Positions 1-8,344 of a stretch of DNA of 64,000 bases are shown piece after piece; position 1 is the stretch's first letter; each line of letters starts with the position of its first letter. The DNA is taken from positions 1-64,000 of the forward strand of contig CM038998.1 in assembly GCA_017499595.2 (NCBI GenBank), read 5' to 3'. The notes under the pieces were generated by a model, which saw only the letters and a list, made by a program, of their open reading frames with translations, searched no databases and was not told the origin of the DNA. Both the position numbers and the translations under genes were made by a program. Source of the stretch: Psilocybe cubensis (taxonomy: Eukaryota).

Positions 1-185
1 ACCCTAAACCCTAAACCCTAAACCCTAAACCCTAAACCCTAAACCCTAAACCCTAAACCCTAAACCCTAAACCCTAAACCCTAAACCCTAAACCCTAAAC
101 CCTAAACCCTAAACCCTAAACCCTAACCCCCCTAAACCCTAAACCCTAAACCCTAAACCCTAAACCCTAAACCCTAAACCCTAAA
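1..185. repeat. Terminal telomeric tract (CCCTAAA)n / (TTTAGGG)n, left chromosome end
   Basis: Near-perfect heptamer array from base 1 with one variant unit near 121-130; C-rich strand on +. Confidence 0.97.
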
Positions 186-200
186 ACCCGTATCTATTTT

Positions 201-2264
201 TTGTTTAAAGAAGGCATGAATAAACCTTTCGATCCAGACTATGGAGTAAGCTCTAAAAAGAAAGAGAAACCTCCAATGTTACCGCAATTTATGGAACTTG
301 GCCTTTCAATGGGACGTCGGTACGTTATTAAAACGATCGCAAGTATCCCGGAAGAAGCCCTTAAAGAGATGCGAAAGCACGCGTTCTCTCCTAAAAGGGA
401 CAAGATCCAAAAGTTTCTTTTCGATAACAACTATGTTATTACGATGACAGATAAGAATCTTGGCCTCGCGGTGTCTGAACGCGACTGGATATTAAGGAAT
501 GAGCTCAATCTTCTTGAAGATGAACGCAACTACGAAGAGTTAGAATTCGAAGTTGCGCAAGAAGTTATGAAGAGCAAAATGATTCAGATGCAAACTCTCG
601 CACGTACCGTCGAAGATGAACATCTGTTTCTATTTGAACTTGGGTTGTCTCGATTCTTTCTATCGAATGTACCGGAAGACGGATCATCGTTCAAGTATCC
701 TCAATTTCATGGTATACCTAAAATCCACAAGAAACCTACTGGATTTAGGCCCATAATTCCGTGTCACTCTGTAGTATTTAATCCTGCAGCCAAGTTTGTA
801 TCAAAAGAGCTTAAGCCGATTATTAAATCGACTCCTTCAATCATTCACGGAACGAAGGATCTCTTTACGAGATTAAGCCAATTGCGTATAGACCCCAAAC
901 GACAATGGTATTTTGTCACCGGGGATGTAGTTGCTTTCTATCCCAATATTCCGTTGGACTTGTGCATCGAAATCGTTTGTAATATGTACGAGGAATGGTT
1001 ACTCAACGCTTCGGAAGAGAACACTGCATTAGCCCATATTAATCCAAATTCGTTAGAGAATAACTTGGTTAAATTGGGCATCTTTAAACGTGCTATCGAG
1101 ATTGGCAATACGCAATTGATAACACAACATGGGTCTAGATATTTTAGACAAAAAAATGGCCTCGCAATGGGCGTCGCGGATTCTCCGGACCTTGCTAACC
1201 TCTTTGGAGCCCATTTTGAAATAAAGTCAAAAATCTTAGACCACCCAAACGTGGCCTTCTATGGAAGGTACATCGACGATTGTTTCGCAATTGTTTACGC
1301 CGAGTCCGAAGCACTTGCACTTAATCTTATTAAAGAAACAATAAAGTTCGATGGTTGTGTTATCGAATGGGCTGTTTCCTCGTCGGGATGTCAATTTCTC
1401 GATGCTTTCATATTCAAGGAGTCTGGAAAACTTCATTGGAAGCCATTTGTCAAGACAGGAAACAACCGAGAACGAGTTCCATGGGTATCACATCATCCTT
1501 TGGACGTCAAACGTGGCGTCTACATTGGAGAGTTATCCAGGTTAGCCGTGCTATGTAGTACCAAGGAAATCTACATCGGAGCAATTAGAGACCTTAACGC
1601 TCTCTATTTGATGCGCGGTTATCCCGAAAACCTAGTCATGTCTTGGTGTAAGAAGAATATACAAGAACGTTGGGAAAAGCGATTCGCTTTACGAGTCGCA
1701 GAGCACGACGAATCCATTCTTGTACTTAAAACCAGATTTGATCAGGTATGGAATTGGTTTTCAGCTGCTGAACTTGGAAAGACTGTTACCGAGTACTGGT
1801 CGGCATGGTATGAACATGCCGAGAAAGGTCTGTATAGTGCAGACTCGTCCAGACCCCTTATCAAACCAGATCCAAATTACGTTCACGACCTCGATGATGT
1901 TCGCCCGGAGCTGTTCACACAGATCCTCGTGGACGGAGAAACTGAGTTCGTACCGGATTTGAGGAAGATAGGACTACTCGGAAGTCGTTGGATAGTATCG
2001 CGAAAGCGCAATACTAATCTTTTCGACCTTGCAAATGTGTGGAAGAAAACAGTTTTTCGTAAACTGGATGAAGACATTGCCGAAAAAGGTGGTGTTGTTC
2101 CCGAAACTCAAAACGTTAATGAAACTTATCATTCTGCTCTAGTTGAAGCTGCTGAACAGATAAGTATCGAAAGTGATAACGAGATAATACTTCATAGACG
2201 TTCAATCTCACAAGAGAGGGAACATCCAGAATTCGGCAGAATATCCAAATCTTACAACCGATGA
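201..2264 (+). pseudogene. Truncated PLE reverse transcriptase ORF (C-terminal 687 codons)
   Basis: Motifs TDKNLG, GIPKIHK, FRPII, GDVVAFYPNIP, GLAMGVADSP, RYIDD; the N-terminal ~490 aa are missing. Confidence 0.9.
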
Positions 2265-2973
2265 AAAGAATACTAGCGCGTAAGGCGTAAAGCATTAGAA
2301 AAAAACCCTAACCGTAAGTATTCCTTGCTATAAAGTAACAAACATCTACTTACAAGCAACACTTTGGATTAAATAGCTAAACCTAAACCCTAAACCCTAA
2401 ACCCTAAACCCTAACCTAACCCCAACCCTAAGCTAACTAAGTCTAACCTTAGTAGGAAGTAAGGTAGGCGTGTGAACTTCCGAACGGCATGTGATTGTGA
2501 AGGGCCGGATCTAATTTAGTACATGGGAAAAGTTACTTAGTACTTCGGGAAAAGTTCCTTAGTACCGTGGAAACATTTTTGATGGACCGGATCATGAACT
2601 GTCCAATTAAGATTCACAACAATCAATCATTCTATTGTTTGATTGTTAGGTAAGGACCCAGGTAAGCTATTTATACTCTAGACATGTGAATATTCCCATG
2701 TCGCGGTTACTCGGAGCCACGTAACCAGAGTAATCTATATCCATGTGATTCACATCACAGTCAATAACCCACGATGTCAAAGAACAAAAGTGTTGGATCC
2801 ACTTTTGACAGGTTACCATGTGCCACATCGACCCGTGACACTCTGTTCATCAGAGACCTGTCTAACTTGACAATAAACATTGACAGATTTGTGATAGTCG
2901 GTAAGATACATGACAGCTGCGCAGCATCACTTCACGCGCTGTCATCGGATGTCTAGAACATTCCTTCTAAGAA

Positions 2974-3040
2974 TAGCCACTGAAGAGTCTATAAAGACGA
3001 AAGGGCTGGTTGTTGGGATCCCCCAACAGCCCTCTGGCCT
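2974..3040 (+). ncRNA. Hammerhead ribozyme (type I topology), intact, in pLTR
   Basis: Stem I GCCA/UGGC; core CUGAAGA; stem II GUC-UAUAAA-GAC; GAAA; stem III GGGCUG...CAGCCC; then UC, with predicted cleavage after C3034. Confidence 0.9.
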
Positions 3041-3772
3041 TCTTTCTATTTCAAACTCACAGTTTAAACTAGTCGCTCGCACCTCGCTTCGCTCGGTGCT
3101 CGCTCCCCCCCTAACCCTAAACCTAAACCTAAACCCTAAACCCTAAACCCTAAGCCCTAACCTAACCCCAACCCTAAGCTAACTAAGTCTAACCTTAGTA
3201 GGAAGTAAGGTAGGCGTGTGAACTTCCGAAAGGCATGTGATTGTGAAGGGCCGGATCTAATTTAGTACATGGGAAAAGTTACTTAGTACCTCGGGAAAAG
3301 TTCCTTAGTACCGTGGAAACATTTTTGATGGACCGGATCATGAACTGTCCAATTAAGATTCACAACAATCAATCAATTGATTGTTAGGTAAGGACCCAGG
3401 TAAGCTATTTATACTCTTGACATGAGAATATTCCCATGTCACGGTTACTCGGAGCCACGTAACCAGAGTATTTTATATCCATGTGATTCACATCACAGTC
3501 AATAACCCACGATGTCAAAGAACAAAAGTGTTGGATCCACTTTTGACAGGTTACCATGTGCCACATCGACCCGTGACACTCTGTTCATCAGAGATCTGTC
3601 TAACTTGACAATAAACATTGACAGATTTGTGATAGTCGGTAAGATACATGACAGCTGCGCAGCATCACTTCACGCGCTGTCATCGGATGTTCCAGAACAT
3701 TCCTTCTAAGAATAGCCACTGAAGAGTCTATAAAGACGAAAGGGCTGGCTGCTGATAACAATCAACAGCCCT

Positions 3773-4701
3773 CAAGTACTCGTCCTCTCCCAAACTCCTG
3801 CCGCTTGTGCCTTCCCAACTCATCCGGGAGCCCTTTCGTCACTGATCTTGCCCTTGACTCGGGGACGTTTCATCGACATGTTGGCTGCCTCACGGCAAGC
3901 GGGGCCCTTTTTCTTTCACTCGCTCACGCCTTCTATGTTGGGTTACGGAGGTCATACAAACTCGTTTTAGTCTAGCTGCGGGGTTATCCAGCTATGATGA
4001 CTTTGTAATTCGAGGGCGCGCAGTTCTTCAATGGGTATGGACATCAGGTGAGAGTACACTGGGGGTTGTCAGGACCAGCTCTGCTGGATACGCTCCTGGC
4101 AAGTCGGTTGCAGCCGGCGACACTACCGAATTGCTGGGACGTCCTAAAGCTTGTGGGTACCGCCGACCGCTGGAAACAGCCTAGGCACCGGTGGCGACCG
4201 GGTATGGTAACAATCCCCAAGATTCAGCGAAAGCTGGAATGGATAATCAGCAGCGAATCCGTAACGGTCACGCCGACGGAAGCGTTCAACGACTAGGTGG
4301 TAGTGGGGTCTTCGGATCTTAAGATATAGTCTTGGGAGTGGGGAAACCCACATCTGGTATCTAAACCGCGCCTCGCTGCTTACGAGGACGGCCCGAAGTC
4401 CAGAACCGCTTAAAACGCGGGTGACCCGGCCTCCCCTTAGTAAAGGGAGTTAACACAAGGATGGACAAATAGTTCGTCGCCGGAAATGAACCTGTGGCTG
4501 TAATGGCTGATGTGGCGCCCCTTGGTAAAGGGCTTAAAGGGTATTAGCCTGCCATGTCCAATGGCATGAGAGTGTCCCTTGGTAAAGGACTTAATAGGCA
4601 ATAGCCTGCTCTTTTGTCATGAGCGGTATGTAGTGATCGTTTGCCTGTACGGTAGCGCCCATTGCTTGCACTGGTCCACGCCCGTAAAAAATCACGAGCC
4701 G
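3773..4701 (+). ncRNA. Group I intron (IC1-like), 929 nt, interrupting the hammerhead
   Basis: P3 CACUACC(4121-27)/GGUAGUG(4299-4305); P AAUUGCUGGG(4129); Q AAUCAGCAG(4245); R GUUCAACGACUA(4284-95); S AAGAUAUAGUC(4321-31); P7 GACUA/UAGUC; P8 UUCG hairpin; P9 GUGGG-GAAA-CCCAC; P5b GCUG-GAAA-CAGC. The 5' exon ends in U3772 and the intron ends in G4701. Precisely absent from other pLTRs. Confidence 0.93.
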
Positions 4702-4813
4702 CTGGCCTTCTTTCCATTTAACTCACAGTTTAAACAAGTCGCTCGCACCTCGCTTCGCTCGGTGCTCGCTCCCCCCCTAAACCCAACGACTTTGCTATTA
4801 CCCAACAGCTACT

Positions 4814-7800
4814 ATGTCTTCCACTTACTCTGCTGCCTTCTCTCGTGCCATGTCCCCCACCCTGGACGCACTCACCCAGGCTGTCGTCAACAACACAGTT
4901 TTTGGCGTCAACGACGAAGCTGGCCGCCACAACGCCCTCATCGACGAGTTGGCCACTGTCGTCATCAAGAAAATAGCTGAGTGCCGCTCCATTGACCAGA
5001 TTGTAGACTGCGTCTTTTTTGACTATCGTGCTGCCCTTAGGGAGTTTCTCCTCAACCTCGCATCGTGGTGCGATAAGAGGGAAACAGTCAAGGCTAGCCT
5101 CGAGCGCCTTGAACTTGCCGTTAGCGCAGGCAACACCCCCAATCGCCTTCGGGTGAAGGCTCCCGAGTTCCAACTTACGAAGGAATTCGCGGATGCCGGG
5201 TCAGCGGAAGCTCTTCGAGTTTCCTCTACGTTCTCCACCGCTCGTGATGTCTTCCAAAAGGCAATCAACGACGGCGCCATTCAGGCGAAAAAGGACGAAC
5301 TGGCCTTTTGGGATGATAAATGCGCACTCAATAACTGTTATGAAGCTGCTGCCCTCATCGTTAAGACAACTTACGATGATCGCAAATCCAGCTATAAGCT
5401 CCCCGTTTTCTCTACAGACAACAAGGGAGTTCGTCGAATAACAGATTGGGTAGTGTCACCGCAGAAGAAGGCTGAATGCAGCGCATTGCAAACCATTTTG
5501 CCAGCCATCTTCTCTCATATCAAACAGATTGTCAACTTGCGCCACCGCGCTTTGGCAATCAAGATTGAGAAAAAGCGGTCGACTGCGGCAACAGCCGATG
5601 TCGAGATGGCCGATGCGACCAAACCAGGTCCATCGATTCAATCCCTTATTGATAAGGGCTTGAATGCACGTCTCAAGAAGCTCAACCTTGGATCTGTGGG
5701 CAAGAAGGCAAGTTCTCGTAACCCTTCACCCATAACTCTGGATACTAATTACTATTCTAATTACCCAGACTTTGTCTGGCCAGAATTCGTCCAAGGCTCC
5801 TCAACCTCAGGCCAAGAAAGCTGGCCCTTCGAAATTCAAACCCTCGTCGACGCCTTCGCAGAAGAAGCCCCAAACCAAGGCTTCCAACAAGGTCGACAAC
5901 AAGAAGAAAGGGAAGGGGAGAGCTCCCGTCAAGAACGATCCAAAGGGAAAGGGAAAGGCAAGAGCCTAGACGCGCGGTCTAATGTAGTACCTTTTACGTC
6001 GGTAAGACCCGCCTTCCCCAACTCTATTCCTGACGATATACTCACCATGACTAAAACAGACGCAGTTTCTTTTGTACACTTACATACGCCGATCTCATTC
6101 TTGTTGGCTGGCCAGTATCGTAGTAGTGTACACTGTAGTCCTGGTGTGGTGGTCCCTGTAGATATAGCAAATGATTTGTCACTCGGACTCAATTATATGT
6201 TTTTTACTCTACCTTCTCAAAGTCTGATCATGCAAACATGGAATGATTTTCAACGAAGAATAAGATGGCGTATCTATTTTTTGTTTAAGGAAGGCATGAA
6301 CAAACCTTTTGATCCAGATTACGGAGTAAGCTCAAAAAAGAAAGAGAAACCTCCAGTATTACCGCAATACATGGAACTTGGCCTTTCGATGGGACGTCGG
6401 TACGTGCAACGCACGATCGCAAGTATCCCGGAAGAAGCCCTTACGGAGATGCGAAAGCACGCGTTCTCTCCTAAAAGGGACAAGATCCGTAAGTTTCTTA
6501 TCGATAACAACTATGTTATTACGATGACAGATAAGAATCTTGGCCTCGCGGTGTCTGAACGCGACTGGATATTAAGGAATGAGCTCAATCTTCTTGAAGA
6601 TGAACGTAACTATGAAGAGTTAGAATTCGAAGTTGCGCAAGAAGTAATGAAGAGCAAAATGATCCAGATGCAAACTCTTGCACGTACCGTCGAAGATGAA
6701 CATCTGTTTCTATTTGAACTTGGGTTGTCTCGATTCTTTCTATCGAATGTACCGGAAGACGGATCATCGTTCAAGTACCCTCAATTTCATGGTATACCTA
6801 AAATCCACAAAAAACCTACTGGACTTAGGCCCATAATTCCGTGTCACTCTGTAGTATTTAATCCTGCAGCCAAGTTTGTATCAAAAGAGCTTAAGCCGAT
6901 TATTAAATCGACTCCTTCAATCATTCACGGAACGAAGGATCTCTTTACGAGATTAAGCCAATTGCGTATAGACCCCAAACGACAATGGTATTTTGTCACC
7001 GGGGATGTAGTTGCTTTCTATCCCAATATTCCGTTGGACTTGTGCATCGAAATCGTTTGTAATATGTACGAGGAATGGTTACTCAACGCTTCGGAAGAAA
7101 ACACTGCATTAGCCCATATTAATCCAAATTCGTTAGAGAATAACTTGGTTAAATTGGGCATCTTTAAACGTGCTATCGAGATTGGCAATACGCAATTGAT
7201 AACACAACATGGGTCTAGATATTTTAGACAAAAAAATGGCCTCGCAATGGGCGTCGCGGATTCTCCGGACCTTGCTAACCTCTTTGGAGCCCATTTTGAA
7301 ATAAAGTCAAAAATCTTAGACCACCCAAACGTGGCCTTCTATGGAAGGTACATCGACGATTGTTTCGCAATTGTTTACGCCGAGTCCGAAGCACTTGCAC
7401 TTAATCTTATTAAAGAAACAATAAAGTTCGATGGTTGTGTTATCGAATGGGCTGTTTCCTCGTCGGGATGTCAATTTCTCGATGCTTTCATATTCAAGGA
7501 GTCTGGAAAACTTCATTGGAAGCCATTTGTCAAGACAGGAAACAACCGAGAACGAGTTCCATGGGTATCACATCATCCTTTGGACGTCAAACGTGGCGTC
7601 TACATTGGAGAGTTATCCAGGTTAGCCGTGCTATGTAGTACCAAGGAAATCTACATCGGAGCAATTAGAGACCTTAACGCTCTCTATTTGATGCGCGGTT
7701 ATCCCGAAAACCTAGTCATGTCTTGGTGTAAGAAGAATATACAAGAACGTTGGGAAAAGCGATTCGCTTTACGAGTCGCAGAGCACGACGAATCCATTCT

Positions 7801-8344
7801 TGTACTTAAAACCAGATTTGATCAGGTATGGAATTGGTTTTCAGCTGCTGAACTTGGAAAAACTGTTACCGAGTACTGGTCGGCATGGTATGAACATGCC
7901 GAGAAAGGTTTGTATAGTGCAGACTCGTCCAGACCCCTTATCAAACCAGATCCAAATTACGTTCACGACCTCGATGATGTTCGCCCGGAGCTGTTCACAC
8001 AGATCCTCGTGGACGGAGAAACTGAGTTCGTACCGGATTTGAGGAAGATAGGACTACTCGGAAGTCGTTGGATAGTATCGCGAAAACGCAATACTAATCT
8101 TTTCGACCTTGCAAATGTGTGGAAGAAAACAGTCTTTCGTAAACTGGATGAAGACATCGCTGAAAAAGGTGGTGTTGTTCCCGAAACTCAAAACGTTAAT
8201 GAAACTTATCATTCTGCTTTAGTTGAAGCTGCTGAACAGATAAGTATCGAAAGTGATAACGAGATAATACTTCATAGACGTTCAATCTCACAAGAGAGGG
8301 AACATCCAGAATTCGGCAGAATATCCAAATCTTACAACCGATAA
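4814..8344 (+). CDS. PLE ORF1-reverse transcriptase polyprotein, 1176 aa, no GIY-YIG endonuclease visible
   Basis: Uninterrupted ORF; PLE-type RT motifs DKNLG, GIPKIHK, RPII, GDVVAFYPNI, QKNGLAMG..SP, YIDD, FLD. Confidence 0.93.
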   Translation: MSSTYSAAFSRAMSPTLDALTQAVVNNTVFGVNDEAGRHNALIDELATVVIKKIAECRSIDQIVDCVFFDYRAALREFLLNLASWCDKRETVKASLERLELAVSAGNTPNRLRVKAPEFQLTKEFADAGSAEALRVSSTFSTARDVFQKAINDGAIQAKKDELAFWDDKCALNNCYEAAALIVKTTYDDRKSSYKLPVFSTDNKGVRRITDWVVSPQKKAECSALQTILPAIFSHIKQIVNLRHRALAIKIEKKRSTAATADVEMADATKPGPSIQSLIDKGLNARLKKLNLGSVGKKASSRNPSPITLDTNYYSNYPDFVWPEFVQGSSTSGQESWPFEIQTLVDAFAEEAPNQGFQQGRQQEEREGESSRQERSKGKGKGKSLDARSNVVPFTSVRPAFPNSIPDDILTMTKTDAVSFVHLHTPISFLLAGQYRSSVHCSPGVVVPVDIANDLSLGLNYMFFTLPSQSLIMQTWNDFQRRIRWRIYFLFKEGMNKPFDPDYGVSSKKKEKPPVLPQYMELGLSMGRRYVQRTIASIPEEALTEMRKHAFSPKRDKIRKFLIDNNYVITMTDKNLGLAVSERDWILRNELNLLEDERNYEELEFEVAQEVMKSKMIQMQTLARTVEDEHLFLFELGLSRFFLSNVPEDGSSFKYPQFHGIPKIHKKPTGLRPIIPCHSVVFNPAAKFVSKELKPIIKSTPSIIHGTKDLFTRLSQLRIDPKRQWYFVTGDVVAFYPNIPLDLCIEIVCNMYEEWLLNASEENTALAHINPNSLENNLVKLGIFKRAIEIGNTQLITQHGSRYFRQKNGLAMGVADSPDLANLFGAHFEIKSKILDHPNVAFYGRYIDDCFAIVYAESEALALNLIKETIKFDGCVIEWAVSSSGCQFLDAFIFKESGKLHWKPFVKTGNNRERVPWVSHHPLDVKRGVYIGELSRLAVLCSTKEIYIGAIRDLNALYLMRGYPENLVMSWCKKNIQERWEKRFALRVAEHDESILVLKTRFDQVWNWFSAAELGKTVTEYWSAWYEHAEKGLYSADSSRPLIKPDPNYVHDLDDVRPELFTQILVDGETEFVPDLRKIGLLGSRWIVSRKRNTNLFDLANVWKKTVFRKLDEDIAEKGGVVPETQNVNETYHSALVEAAEQISIESDNEIILHRRSISQEREHPEFGRISKSYNR
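5708..5768 (+). other. Putative 61-nt GC-AG spliceosomal intron in the PLE ORF (also 11760-11820, 17837-17897, 24689-24749, 29853-29913)
   Basis: AAG|GCAAGT donor, CTAAT branch-like sites, CCCAG acceptor, AT-rich. Removal joins codon 298 to a Lys-rich frame that stops at 5969. Confidence 0.7.

Larger units (their letters stand above)
189..3112 (+). mobile_element. 5'-truncated endonuclease-less Penelope-like element (Coprina-like), capped by the telomere
   Basis: Begins mid-ORF at CGTATCTATTTT (matching about 6269 of the full-length copy) directly after the telomeric repeats; retains RT, 3' UTR and pLTR. Confidence 0.92.

Noticed and set aside
2774-2956. 60-65 aa ORF MSKNKSVGS... repeated in each pLTR
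   Set aside because: It recurs only because the pLTR is repeated; the stop position varies and no motif is recognisable.
4048-4353. Short ORFs inside the intron as a homing endonuclease
   Set aside because: They overlap the ribozyme core, are under 85 aa, and show no His-Cys box, LAGLIDADG or GIY-YIG motif.
3773-4701. The 929-nt insert as a spliceosomal intron
   Set aside because: Comparison with empty pLTRs allows only CA...CG or AA...GC ends, neither GT-AG nor GC-AG, and a group I core is present.
4814-8344. The ORF as telomerase (TERT), or as a LINE or LTR-element pol
   Set aside because: The motifs are PLE-type; no APE endonuclease, protease, RNase H or integrase is visible; it is multi-copy with pLTRs.
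7800-8344. C-terminal GIY-YIG endonuclease
   Set aside because: The VYIG and IYIG strings lie in the region just after the RT core without GIY-YIG spacing, and the C-terminus shows no such domain by eye.
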